Source: Octopus vulgaris
Taxonomy: Eukaryota
DNA: 64,000 bases
Direction: 5' to 3'
Assembly: GCA_951406725.2 (NCBI GenBank)
Contig: OX597836.1
Location: 28,210,001 to 28,274,000 of the forward strand
Of the stretch, positions 27,296-40,961 are shown one piece after another. Numbering within the stretch: the first letter of the stretch is position 1; each line of letters begins with the position of its first letter. Below the pieces are notes generated by a model. It saw nothing but the letters and a program-made list of their open reading frames with translations. It was not told where the DNA came from and ran no database searches. Both the position numbers and the translations under genes were made by a program.

Positions 27296-30200
27296 ACTAC
27301 ACTCTTGGAGTGGTCGGTATTAGGAAAGGCATCCAGCCATCAAAACCATGCCAGATCAGATTGGAATCTTGTGCAGCTCCCCAGCTTAGCAGTCTTCAGC
27401 CAAACCATCCAACCCATGCCAGCATCAAAAGCAGACATTAAATGATGATCAACATCAATTTTTCTCTGTCATTTCATGTCAGTCTCTCAGGCTTCAGTTT
27501 AATGGGGTGGATTTTTTTCTGTAGTCTTTGTCAATTTCAGTTTTATTCCCAGTACCTTTGTATGATACCCATTCATCAATACCGAGGTATTTATAGCTTT
27601 CACATGGCAACATACTAATACAATTCATGTGAATATTTTTTATTTATAAAACACATTTTCCCAAATGCTGCTTGCAAATATCAAATATTTACATTTCTTT
27701 TGATGAAATTTCATCTCTGTATCCTGAAAATAATCTTAAGTACACTGTTTGCCAGTATGAAATCTTAAGATGGTCATTAGTCAAGGACTTCAAAGGAAAA
27801 CTGATGTTTCTGTTGTGGTCTTTGACATATAATCACTGGGTGTTACGTAAAAGAAACAGTAGCTGTGTGGTAAGTAGCTTGCTTCCCAACCACATGATTC
27901 CGGGTTCAGTCCTACTGTGTGGCACATTGGGCAAGTGACTTCTACTATAGCTTCGGGCCAACCAAAGCCTTGAGTGGATTTGGTAGACAGAAACTGAAAG
28001 AAGCCCGTCGTATATATGGCACATAAAAAGCACCATCCGATCGTGGCCGTTTGCCAGCCTCCTCTGGCACCTGTGCCAGTGGCACGTAAAAAGCTCCCAC
28101 TACACTCACTGAGTGGTTGGTGTTAGGAAGGGCATCCAGCTGTAGAAACATTGCCAGATCAGACTGGGCCTGGTACAGCCTTCTGGCTTCCCAGACCCCA
28201 GTTGAACCGTCCAACCCATGCTAGCATGGAAAGCAGACGCTAAACGATGATGATAATGATGATGATGATGATGATATATATATAGTGTGTGTGTGTGTGT
28301 GCTTGTCCCCCCAACATAGCTTGACAACCGATGCTAGTGTGTTTACGGCCCTGTAAACTAGCGGTTCGGTAAAAGAGACTGATAGAATAAGTACTAGGCT
28401 TACAAAAGAATAAGTCCTGGGGTCGATTTGTTCGACTAAAGGTGATGCTCCAGCATGGCCACAGTCAAATGACTGAAACAAGTAGAAGAAAGAAAAGCTT
28501 TTGATTTAGTGCCAAAATAAACAGAAGCTTCAACTCTTTCATCATCATCATGATTCTCATTTAATGTCCATATTCTTTGCCGGCGTCTGTTGTAGATTTA
28601 GGCAGGATCCAATGGGTCCAAGAACTGCTTCGTGCTCTTTTTCATTTTATTATTTTTTTTCTATCTCTGTTTCAGTCATTTGACTGTGGCCATGCTGGGG
28701 CACCACACTGAAGGGTTTAGTTGGACAAATCTACCCCAGTATTTCTTTTTTTGTTTTAAACCTGATACTTATTCTTTCGGCCTCTTTTACAGAACTGCTA
28801 AGTTACAGGGATGTAGACAAACCAACACCTGTTATCAAGCAGTGGTGGGAGACTAACACATGCATAAAGACACACTCACACAACACACATATACATACAT
28901 ATATACACAACAGGCTTCTTTCAGTTTCCTCTACCAAATCCACTCACAAGTCTTTGGTTGGCTCAGGGAAATAGTAGAAGACACTTGCCCAAGGTGCCAA
29001 GCAGTGAGAGTGAACCTGGAATCATGTAGTTGGGAAGCAGGCTTCTTACCACACAGCTACATCTGTGCCTACCTTTTGCATGGTTTCTATGGCTGGATAC
29101 CTTTCCAAACACCAACTACTTTACACCATCTACTGGGGGATTTTGGGGAGTGGCCATGGAGGGGTCCACTATCTCTAGTGAAGTCGTCATGCAGCATACA
29201 AGACTGCAAACCCAAAGTGGGAGGGAGGTTTATACTACGAGATGAAGGATTAAAATATGTGAGTCCTTTCAAAAGATTTACATTATTTACATTTGACAGA
29301 CATTTGTCCTCATCTTGTTTGTTGTTGACAGGAGCCGGCCAGGTAGATAACTACCCCAGGCTCCTGGGTGTGTTTTGGTAGGGTTTTTTACAGCTGGATG
29401 CCCTTCCTAACACCAACCACTTTGCAAGTATATCAGCCGAAACATTGTGTTAACAACAGACAGGATGAGGACAAATATCCATCAAATGTAAATAATTCCT
29501 CATCTCTTAACCCTTTAGCATTCAGATTATTCTGTCAAAGGTAACACTTTTTCATTCAAATTGTTTTTAATTAATCCTGCATTATTTTGCAGCTTTGAAA
29601 TTTTGATGATGTGACTGTATATTTTATAATGGCATTGAAGGGTAGGTGTGATAGGCTTGATCTGGACAGTTAGAACATAAAGCAGGAAGCATATTTGGGC
29701 CGGATATGGCTGGTTTAAATGCTAAAGGGTTAAATATAAAACTGTAGATTTAATATCAGACGTGAACGTATTAATTTCAGTTTACAAGGGTGAGGATAGT
29801 TGTCATGGTTTTTGCGAGCTTTTGAACGGCAGCCGTTGAACCAACATATACCGGACAGCCATGAGTTCAGACATAAAAGTCAAACACCTAATCAAGTTAC
29901 ATTGACACAAGGTTGTTGCTGTGTTTGTTTGATTCTTTTTCTAATTTTATTTTATTAATTACAAGTTAACATAGATTCCCCCACATTCTCCACTTTCTAC
30001 CTGTTTCACCTGCCTGTTCATCATTCACTCACCTGAATGAACTCAGAATGGCTGTTGCAGGCGTTTGGCTTTAAATAGACCACTAGTCTATACTTGTCTG
30101 CCAAGTGGGGGTGAGAGGGCTTTCATTCCTGGCTGCAAGATTTGTCTATGTAATGGCAGTTTTGTGAGCCATAGTTTTGTCATCTCTTTCTTCCTCTCCC

Positions 30201-30904
30201 TTTATCTCTCTCTCTCTCTCACCTGGTAACCATGTACCTCTTCTATAGCAAGACACCTGTTTTCTGTATTTGTGGGTGCTTGTGTTTATCCCCCACCACC
30301 ACTTGACTACCAGTGTGGGTCTGTTTATGTCCTCATAACTTAGTGGTTCATCAAAAAGACATCAATAGAATAAATACCAGACTTTAAAAAAAGTGTCCTG
30401 GGGGTTGATTTGTTCAACTAAAGCCTTCAAAGTGGTGCCCCAGCAAGTTTGTTGAAAGATGGGTGAATGTTGGAAGAATGGGTGAAATGCTTAGTGGTAT
30501 TTCATCTGTCTTTACGTTCTGATTTCAAATTCTGCTGAGGTCGATTTTGCCTTTCATCCTTTCGGGGTCGATAAATTAAGTACTAGTTGCATACTGAGGT
30601 CAATCTAATCGACTGCCCCCTCCCCCAAAATTTCGGGCCTTGTGCCAAGAATAGAAAAGGATATTTATTTTCTGAGTTTTTGTTTTTTCTTTCCACTTTA
30701 TTTTTCCAGTTCAGCTTTGAGACAAGTTTTACTCTGATAAATGTAGTGATTAGGTTTTTGATGCCAATACCATTACGATGGTCGTGAGTAACCAGATTCG
30801 GCTGGTTTGAGCATAAAACTGGTAGACTATTCTGGCTGGATATGGTAAAGTATTAAGGGTGGTAAGAAGTTTGTCAGGGTAAATTTGATTACAAAAATCA
30901 AAAA

Positions 30905-31457
30905 TCAAAATCAAATTCGGACTGGCGTCCGTGCTAGCGGGGTGCAAAGAGCACCATGCGAGTGTGATCATTGACAGAGCGGCTAACCGGCTTCCATGCC
31001 AGTGGCACTTAAAAGGCACCATTTGAGCGTGATCGTTACCAGCGTCGCACTACTGGCACTCGAGCCCCATGCTAGTAGGGTATTAAGAGCACCATCTGAG
31101 TGTGATCGTTGCCAGAGCGGCTATCTGGCCTCCGTGCTGGTGGCACGTAAAAAACACCATTCGAGCGTGATCGTTACCAGCATCGCCTTACTGGCACCCG
31201 TGCCAGTGGCATGTGTAAATGATTCGAGCAAGGTCATTGCCAGTGCTGCCTGACTGGCCCTGTGCCGGTGGCACGTAAAAGCACCCACTACACTCTCGGA
31301 GTGGTTGGCGTTAGGAAGGGCATCCAGCTGTAGAAACTCTGCCAGATCAAGATTGAAGCCTGGTGCAGCCATCTGGTTCGCCAGCCCTCAGTCATACGTC
31401 CAACCCATGCTAGCATGGAAAGCAGATGTTAAACGATGATGATGATGATGACGATGA
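30905..31457 (+). mobile_element. RTE-tail repeat family C, ending ...ccatgctagcatggaaagcggacgttaaacgatgatgat (representative copy)
   Basis: Shares subrepeats and tail with the RTE 3' end at 15452. Other copies at ~5605-6020, 8575-8710, 10705-11198, 21692-21800, 23620-24040, 26730-27450, 28017-28275, 37345-37570 and 62338-62853. Confidence 0.85.
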
Positions 31458-32281
31458 ATAGTCAGGCTGATTTCAATAGATAAAGATTTACATTATTTGT
31501 TGGGTTAACAAATGAAAGCAAGGAGTGTTCAGAAGACTTCAATGGTGATTTGACACCTGTTAGTAAATTGTAGTACATAGTGGTTTTATGTGAAACCGAC
31601 AGCATTCATAACTACTGACAGTTCACTGAATTTCATTAAGTGGAATAGAGGTTCCATCCCAGTGCTCCTCAAACTAGGCCACTGCCCTCGTGGGTAAGTG
31701 TGGGAAGGAGTGGTAAAGGTGGTTAAATATATTGTCTTTTGTGTCATGGGGACAATGTTGTTTTTGTATGCTGTGCATGCATGAATGAATGAACGCATGT
31801 GTATGGCTGTGTGCTATTCAGTATGTGTAGGTTGCACATGTCAGCTTAGATTTCCAAGCTTGCATAGGATTTTGTATCTTATTTAAGTGTAAAGAAAAAC
31901 GTCAAAAAATGTTATATAATATAAAATAGGTGTAATAAAATACACACACTGACAGGAGAGAGAGAGAGTAACAGATTGACAGAGAGATAGACATAGTCAT
32001 GTATCTTACTTATGTCTGTTGGTTTGTCTAGCAGAAACTGATGAAGACAGTATAACATCTACTAACAAAAGGATGGAGACAAAGTCTTCCTTCATCAGAA
32101 GTATATCAAACTTTCCAGAATTTATTGAGAGGAGTCCTCTCAACAGAAAAAGGCAGAAGTTATATGGAACTATTTGCAGTACCTTTAAAACTGATGTCTC
32201 AGCCAAAACACTTACTGAAAATATGAGACCACATCTGTGACTATACACATGTTTCCTGGTTAATGGGTCAGAGAATGAAAT

Positions 32282-32669
32282 GGATGGAAGCACTCTGTCG
32301 GTTCCGACGATGAGGGTTCCGGTTGATCCAAATCAACGGAACAGCCTGCTCGTGAAATTAACGTGTAAGTGGCTAAGCACTCCACAGACACGTGCACCCT
32401 TAACGTAGTTCTCGGGGATATTCAGCATGACACAGAGAGTGACAAGGCCGGCCCTTTGAAATACAGGTACAACAGAAACAGGAAATAAGAGTGAGAGAAA
32501 GTTGTGGTGAGAGAGTACAGCAGGGATCACCACCATCCCTGCCAGAGCCTCGTGGAGCTTTTAGGTGTTTTCGCTCAATAAACACTCACAACGCCCAGTC
32601 TGGGAATCGAAACCGCGATCCTACGACCGCGAGTCCGCTGCCATAACCACTGGGCCATTGCGCCTCCAC
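32282..32669 (-). mobile_element. tRNA-derived SINE family E, flanked by a 231-bp direct duplication; related head at 14546-14846 (+)
   Basis: Minus head gtggaggcgcaatggcccagtggtta...ggtttcgattccc. Flanks 32051-32281 and 32672-32902 differ at 2 positions. Confidence 0.9.
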
Positions 32670-35004
32670 GCTATAACATCTACTAACAAAAGGATGGAGA
32701 CAAAGTCTTCCTTCGTCAGAAGTATATCAAACTTTCCAGAATTTATTGAGAGGAGTCCTCTCAACAGAAAAAGGCAGAAGTTATATGGAACTATTTGCAG
32801 TACCTTTAAAACTGATGTCTCAGCCAAAACACTTACTGAAAATAGGAGACCACATCTGTGACTATACACATGTTTCCTGGTTAATGGGTCAGAGAATGAA
32901 ATACAAGAGTGAGGATAAGAGACATCAGAAACGATATAGAGCTATGGTTAGCATTATTTTATTGCAATGCAGGAGAGAGGTCAAAACTGGGTTAAGGTGA
33001 CATGTTGTCAGGGGACATCAAAATAGAGGTACAGATCCTAATGATACCTAAAGGCCACAGAGCCATGCTGGAATTGTGCCCAGTAGAAGGTGCTGAGATA
33101 TAGGGCCCGAGATTAACCTGGCTGTATCTAACCCAACTATCTGGTCTCTTTTATGTTCAAACTGTCCAGATCTAGCTTCTCGTGCTGACCCTGCAATGTC
33201 ATTCTAAAAATTAATAATCAAATCATCAAAACCTCGAAGCTACAAGATAATGGACGAATGGTTCAAGACAATGTGAATGAATAAACTTTACATTTAATCT
33301 CAATGCTAAAGGGTAATATTTCTCACAAGTTAGGGTTCTGACGTGCTGATAAGGTGTTTTTGGCAACATGTTTTACCCTAGTGAAAAAGCTACAAGACAT
33401 TGCATGATTGATTCAAAACAATGTGAATAAATAAGCATTACATTGGACAAAAATAATCTGAATGCGAAAGGGATTATCCTTTTGCTACTCTTTACTCTTT
33501 TACTTGTTTCAGTCATTTGACTGCGGCTTTGCTGGAGCACCGCCTTTAGTCGAGCAAATCGACCCCAGGACTTATTCTTTGTAAACCCAGTACTTATTCT
33601 ATCAGGTGCTTTTGCCGAACTGCTAAGTGACGGCGACGTAAACACACCAGCATCAGTTGTCAAGCAATGCTAGGGGGACAAAGACACACACATACACATA
33701 TATATACATATATACGACAGGCTTCTTTCAGTTTCCGTCTACCAAATCCACTCACAAGGCTTTGGTCAGCCCGAGGCTATAGTAGAAGACACTTGCCCAA
33801 GATGCCACACAGTGGGACTGAACCTGGAACCATGTGGTTGGTAAGCAAGCTACTTACCACACAACCACTCCTGCGCCTCCTGTTACTGTATTTTTTCAAA
33901 TAATTTCAAAAATACTGAAGAATATAGTAAAATAATTTGTCATTATTGAACTGATTTTTTTTTAAAACATAGGTGGGGGCATATGCTGTTTCAGCATATT
34001 GCTGCATTCATTATTTGTTGGTATTTTCTTGGGTCCTCCCAGGTGACCCATCAAGCAGATTCCCAATCAGTCCCCATCTCTGAGAGACACCTCTTCATCT
34101 ACTTTGACCATGTAGCTTTTGGGCAACCAACACAAGCTGTCAACCCAGCCAGATCCACAGTAAGCAGGGTCCCAACTCTGAAAATCAAGTGACATGGTCA
34201 AACAGTCTGAGATGGAATTCCCAAATCATACAAGCAACAGAACATGTCCTAAATTCCGAGTAGTCATTGGTTTGATACAAAATCCAATCAATGGTAATCC
34301 ATTATCCTGCGAAACATCCTGATACCATTGAATGTAAATTGGTGTAAACTTTTAATGAGAAATTTTGAGACCACTTTAAAACAGGAAGTTTGTATCAGAA
34401 CCAGGGACAGTTTCAGGTAAGTTGGTAACAAAAGGGTTAGAAATAGGGAATATACCAAACCAGTTGGTGAACTTCTGTATACTCACTGGGGTTCGTTATT
34501 CACTGTGGAGGGAGTCTATAAAAGAGTCACTGGAATTTGTCAGAGAAATCTTAACATCCTAAACAAGGATGTATACACTGGAAAAATGTAGTCCCTGATA
34601 GACAAAAGGATGGGATGGTCACAACTGGAATGCCTTTGGTATTAGGCCTACTGGGTCAGGACTGACCTGAGGCTGAACAACAGCAGCAATGCTGGCCACA
34701 CAAGCTGAGTCAACTTTTACACAGTGAAACTCTGCCTACCCAACAATGACCTCCCACTTTAATCTTTTATTTTTTTGTTGTATACTTGTTTCAGTCATTA
34801 GACTGAGGCCATGCTGGGGCACTGCCTCGAAGAATTTTTAGTTGAATGAATCAACCCCAGTACCTATTTTTTTAATCCTGGTACTTATTCTATTGGTCTC
34901 TTTTGCTGAACCACTAAGTTGCGAGGACATAAACATGCCAACACTGGTTGTCAAGCAGTGACGAAGGATAAACATGGACACAGATACACACAAATTGATA
35001 TATA

Positions 35005-35036
<32 letters not shown>

Positions 35037-35559
35037 AAAACATACACACACACATACATATGATGGGCTTTTCACAGTTTTCCTCTACCAAATCCATTCA
35101 CAAGGCTTTGGTTGGCCCAAGGTGTTACAATAGTGGGACTGAACCCAGAACCATGTGGTTGGGAAGCAAATTTCTTACCACACAGCCATACCAGAATGAA
35201 TAATTTAGATATTAACAGAAATAATATTATTTCTGTCTTAGGCCAAGGCCACAAATTTAGGAGTAAAAAACAATTAATTTAACCCTAGTACTTCACTGAA
35301 GGATAAAGAATGAAGTTGGCCTTGGCGGGATTTGAACTTAGTAGCTAAAGTAATGTAATAGCTTCTCTAACCCACAAGCCATTTAGACTTGTATCATTAC
35401 ATTTCTCCCATTCCACTGCCCTTGTTACTGCTCTGTTTCATTATTTATTGATAAATTATTGATACATATTGATGTTTATTGATATAACAGACATATTTTA
35501 TGCTTGGTTAACTCACTTGAGTCAGCAACAGCTTTTCTTTTCCTTAGCACACAAGGATT

Positions 35560-36350
35560 TTAATATTGAATAGATTGTTACCTAGCAACCATTATTGTCT
35601 ACTGAGATATTTGATACCTCACTTCCGCAATATCGTTATATCTTTTCTAACACTGAAAATTTAAAAGACAAAAAAAAATTTTGTTATTGCTCTATAAAGT
35701 ATATCTGTAGACAAAGAAAAGGCTTGGGGAAGAACTGCCATGAAATGTCCATGGTTTGTTTCTCGATTTCCAAATGTACTTAGAAGTTACTGTGGAGTTT
35801 CCTCGTTGGCAATAATTGAATTAGTTATTAAGCTAGTGCAGGAAACTTCTGAAAGCGTGTTCTGCAAGCGCTCTGTAATTTCTTGATGTGTTTCTGATGG
35901 TGGGGAAAGACATCAGCACCGTAGTATACAATGCTTTTCTTTTAGTGATGCTCTTTAGGAGATGACATTCTTATTTATTTAGCAGTTGCATGCCAGCACC
36001 ATTTGCTTGCAATATTTTTGCATTGTGATTCATAATGACACAAAACATCTTTTCCACATAGCTGCAGTTCATTTTAATGCTGTTTTTATTGAGCACTTAG
36101 TAGAATGTTTTGTAACACATATGTTGTAAGGTGAGTTATATCATATAACATTTCTGTTGCCTGTGTTTTAGGGTAAGTTGGTAGATAGTGTTGGTGGAAT
36201 GGTTATTCGTGTCAGTTGCTTGATAGCATGTCTTGTTGAAAGTTGTTTTGTCAGAAAATAATGCATTTAACCTCTCAATACTTAATAAACATTCACCATG
36301 TATACCGCATAGTAGTTTTCTGGCACAACACCAATTCTATCATCCACCAC
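35560..36350 (-). mobile_element. Second, more decayed Penelope-like retroelement fragment (linker plus GIY-YIG)
   Basis: Minus-strand pieces RQQKCI*YNSPYNICV, VLNKNSIKMNCSY, KSIVYYGA and GNSTVTSKYIWKS occur in the expected order, with stops and frameshifts. Confidence 0.7.
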
Positions 36351-36629
36351 AAAAACAACATTGTTAATAATAATGGTTTCAAAGGCGGCGAGCTGATAGA
36401 ATTGTTAGCATGCCAGGCGAAATGCTTAACAGTATTTCGTCTGCCACTATGTTCTGAGTTCAAATTCCACCAAGGTTAACTTTGCCTTTAATCTTTTCAG
36501 GGTCGATTAAATAAGTACCAGTTATGCACTGGGGTCGATGTAATCGACTTAATCCTTTTGTCTGTCCTTGTTTGTCCACTCTATGTTTAGCGCCTTGTGG
36601 ACAATAAAGAATTAAATAATAATGGTTTC

Positions 36630-37325
36630 ATGGAGTTAACGGTATCTTTCATTAGAAAAGGAACTCATATGGGTCCTATACCTTGTCTTAAAATTTATTG
36701 TACTACCTATATAACTTATCCAAACCATTCTCCTCTTTAACCATGCATTTATATACTACATTAGTCATGAGACAGAACCCCTTAAGGGGACATACGTCAG
36801 GGTCTCTACAATTGCACAATTTACCAGATCCAGCCTTAACCCTATTATTAATACTGACACTACTACCTAATTGGCTTCCTGCATTTCTTCATATATTTCA
36901 CTACCAGGGCTTGATGTGACCAGTGGGAGCAAATGGTTTGTAGTACTCACTAAAGGCATGTTTGAGTTAACCTGTTCTATATCAGAGGAATATTTCTTTT
37001 GCCATTGTCCATTTAATTTGTTCCTATTAATGGATACAATAATAGAGACTAAGTTAGGCATTGCCAAATAAAACTTAATAGAAGACTTATTACAGATACT
37101 GTAATATTTATGATCCTTTGAGAAATTCTCCTTCAGAATCCTAAAGAACATCTTGGGTAAATTTCTAACTGTAAGGGAAAAAGGGAGAGCGAACCATAAA
37201 ACCTCGCATATAGACCGCAAGCTTTTTGTTTTTACTATCTCCCCACTGTCATTATCTGAATTCTGATATTTGTTCCAATATGTATGGCTAGTCAAAGACT
37301 TAACTTGATTGCATTCTAAGTTAAT
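36630..37325 (-). mobile_element. Penelope-like retroelement fragment (RT-thumb to endonuclease linker)
   Basis: ORF 36867-37334 contains VLWFALPFSLTVRNLPKMFFRILKENFSKDHKYYSICNKSSIK..MPNLVSII. This matches the PLE linker pattern WFNPPFS...F..H.....NR.TVK.SYSCMPN. Confidence 0.75.
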
Positions 37326-38380
37326 TGAAAACAAAGGCAGTGTATCATCATCATTATCATCGTTTAACGTCCGTTTTCCGCGCTAGCACGGGTTGGACGG
37401 TTCGACCGGGGTCTGGGAAGCCAGGGGCTGCTCCAGGCTCCAGTCTGATCTGGCAGAGTTTCTACAGCTGGATGCCCTTCCTAACACCAACCACTCCGCG
37501 AGTGTAGTGGGTGCTTTTTACGTGCCACCTGCACAGGTGGCAGGGGTGGTCCGGCATCGGCCACAATCGGTACTCAACAGAAATATGGTAACAAAAGGGT
37601 TAAAGTGATCTATACTAAAACTTCCCATCAAAATTTTGTGTTAATTTATGTTCCAACAGCCAGCTTAATAATGAGTTATTTTACTAAATTCTTTATGATT
37701 TTCTAAGTCAATTCAAACAAAGACAGTGTATTTCAAGAGAAATATGGTAACAAAAGGGTTAAATGTAGGTTATGATTGCAGGAAAATTTGGCTGTTATTT
37801 CTAGCAAATCAAGCAACCATGTGGAGGTTTACCTAATGTCAAGTAGAAATAAAGGTGTACAGCTTCTGCTGTGCGTGCGTGTGTGTGTGTGTGTGTGTGT
37901 GTGGTGCGTGCGTGTGTGTGTGTGTGCATCTTGCTAATGACATTTTCCACTTTGTTATATTAGAACTGTTGACCTAAATGTTACTTTTACTAAATGTTTA
38001 ATAACTACAACAGCAACAACAACACTAGTTCAACTGCTACCTGTATGTTTACTGCTACCAATCAACACCTACCACTAGCACCTCTACTATCACCACAACT
38101 ACTGCCACCACCATCACAATAATTCTCACCACCAACTACTACCACCACCGCTACCATTATCACCATCACTACTGCCACCACCACCACACCACAATCATCA
38201 CCAACTACACTGACAATGAGCCAGTAAGAGAGCTTCTATGTGACAGCTCAGCCTACAACAAATTGGACACATTAGAATGTGTAGTCCTAGATATGCATAA
38301 GACAGGAGTGTCACTTTTCATCATAGACCTGTTTGATAGGGACTGACCTGGGGCTAAACAACTACTACATTGTGTATGTG

Positions 38381-38414
<34 letters not shown>

Positions 38415-38474
38415 TGCCATGATAGATCGTTAGCCACTACACACATTTTTTTTCTCTCCTTGTTTTCTGTGTCC

Positions 38475-38510
38475 CTTTCTGTAGAAGAGCGTAGGCTCAA
38501 AACATAAAAG
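38475..38510 (+). ncRNA. Degenerate minimal hammerhead, same family as 15293
   Basis: CUUU-CUGUAGA-A-GAGC(guag)GCUC-AAAAC-AUA-AAAG. The element spans ~38414-38695 and carries an inverted partial duplication. Confidence 0.5.
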
Positions 38511-38691
38511 ACTTTCTATTCCTGAGCGTTTATGCTAATACATCTATTTGTTTTGTACACCACCTGTCTTCGTCTTTTGTTGTTTTTTTCGTAAACTCTC
38601 CCTATATATAGACGAAGACAGGTGGTGTACAAAACAAATAGATGTATTAGCATAAACGCTCAGGAATAGAAAAAGTCTTTTATGTTTTGAG

Positions 38692-38746
<55 letters not shown>

Positions 38747-39227
38747 ATATATATATATATTTATATATATGTGTGTGTATATTTATATGTGTGTATATTT
38801 ATATATGTGTGTGTATATTTATATATATGTGTGTGTATATTTATATATGTGTGTGTATATTTATATATATGTGTGTGTATATTTATATATGTGTGTATAT
38901 TTATGTGTGTGTATATATATATATGTGTGTGTATATATATATATGTGTGTGTGTATATATATATATATTTATATATGTGTGTATATTTATATATGTGTGT
39001 GTATATTTATATATATGTGTGTATATTTATATATGTGTGTGTATATTTATATATGTGTGTGTATATTTATATGTGTGTGTATATTTATATATATGTGTGT
39101 GTATATTTATATATATGTGTATGTATATATATATATGTGTGTGTGTATATATATATATATGTGTGTGTGTATATATATATATATATATGTATGTATAGAT
39201 ATATATATATACATACATATTATTATT

Positions 39228-39597
39228 ATTACCTCGACCTTAGCAAAGGTGAAGGTATTCTTTTCAGTTGTGTTTGTTTCTTTGTCAGTGGACAAGATAT
39301 CTTAAGAACCACTCAATGGGTTCAGATGAAGCTTTCAGGGATGTTTGGCTTCATGACTGGCATTAACTGATTAGATTTTGGGATCGATCCAGCACCAGAC
39401 AAGGATTCTGGATTATGTTTCCTGTTATTTTACTTAATTTTTTAAAAGCAGTTGGGTTCATTTTTAGTATTCTAGTTTGTGAGAGCAGTCAAGTTTATTT
39501 CAGATATTCTCATTTTAAAAAATCATCTTTGTCTAATCGTTGAGAGTACATTGGTGTTGCCTTGGCAGAGGTTTTCTCTCTCTAAGTGCTCTTGTTA
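39228..39597 (+). mobile_element. Helentron-associated non-autonomous element (HINE/DINE-1-like); second copy at 59406-59783
   Basis: 5' tacctc(c/g)acc..aagg.ggaggt short stem, 3' ccttgg(c/t)ggaggt subterminal repeat and a small terminal hairpin (gcactctccgtgtgc). The two copies align along their length. Confidence 0.6.
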
Positions 39598-39670
39598 TTA
39601 TTATTATTATTATTATCATTATTATTATTCTTTAAAAAGGATTGATGTAACTCATCACAAAGGTAAACAG

Positions 39671-39899
39671 TCAAGACAAAGAGCGCAATTCGATAGTAAG
39701 ATATTTTATTGGTTAAACAATATTTCAACAGTACATCTGTCTTTCTTAAGTTCAAAATAAAAAGTGATAAAAATTCAAAATTATAAAAATTTAAAATTTT
39801 TATCACTTCTTATTTTGAACTTGACAAAGACAGACATACTATTGAAATGTCGTTCAACTAATAAAATATCTTACAATCGAATTGCGCTCTTCGTCTTGA
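39671..39899. repeat. ~230-bp hairpin element within (TTA)n
   Basis: tcaagacaaagagcgcaattcgat / atcgaattgcgctcttcgtcttga, with pairing continuing to the centre. Confidence 0.85.
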
Positions 39900-40049
39900 T
39901 TATTATTATTATTATTATTATTAAGGGGGTGAGCTGGCAGAATTGTTAGCACATTGAGCAAAATGCTTAGCGACATTTTGTCCATCCTTATGTTCTGAGT
40001 TCAACTTTGCCTTTCATCCTTTCAGGATCAATAAATTAAGTACTAGTGA

Positions 40050-40961
40050 AATACTAGTTATGAAGTATTTTTTTATATTGGAAGCACATCTCAGTTATCA
40101 AAAATAATTTCTAATCATTACTCTACATTTAGGTATAGGAATAAACGTAACAGTACAGGGCTTAGTAAATCAATTTGGGATCTAAAAGACCACAATAAAC
40201 AATTTAATTTAGATTGGTTGATTCTCTCAATCTTGATACCTTATGACAAAGGCAAGGAATTCTGTCTTCTCTGTAACTCTGAACTATTTTTTATTCTTTT
40301 TTCTAAAACTCCCCTTGTAAACACGGTTATAGAGCGTGCATACCAAAATAAACATTGGCAGAAACACACCTTTAGTTCATATAAGTGATACCTATCATTA
40401 TATATAATTTAAACATTAATTTTCTTCTTACATTTCACATTTACTAGATATCTCTTTTTACAAGACTATATGGTTTCATTTGATATACATATAGTTATAT
40501 ACTTCTCGTTTATTTAGTTTTTCTTTCCTTTATCCCTCCTCTTTCTATAGGCTACCTCTGACATTATATCCTCTAACATTTTTTTTTTAAACAATCTTAA
40601 TGACGTTCAGTTAATCACTATACAAATCCATCATTTTCTGTTAAAATGTCTTATTGACGAGTTTCATTTCTTCACTTCCCTGAAGAGAAGATTACATTGT
40701 TTTACACCATTTTATTCCTTTGGAATAATACCAGTGATATCTTCGAAACGTGTCAGAAGTAAAAGAATTTGAATAACACCTGTGTTTAACTCCATTTATT
40801 TATTTATATATATTATATAAAATATTTCACATAAACCCGAAGTTTCTACCTTTGAAAACAAGGAGTTACAACCTTTTTACTTGTGTGATTTTTTGCTACC
40901 CTGGTAACTATTTATATATTTTTTCCATGTTAATTGTTAACTAGGGAAAAATACACACATC

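Noticed and set aside
32019-32240. 73-aa ORF after an AG, as a possible extra exon of the tetraspan gene
   Set aside because: No recognisable homology, and it ends in a stop. The flanking exons already join in frame to give a complete TM3.
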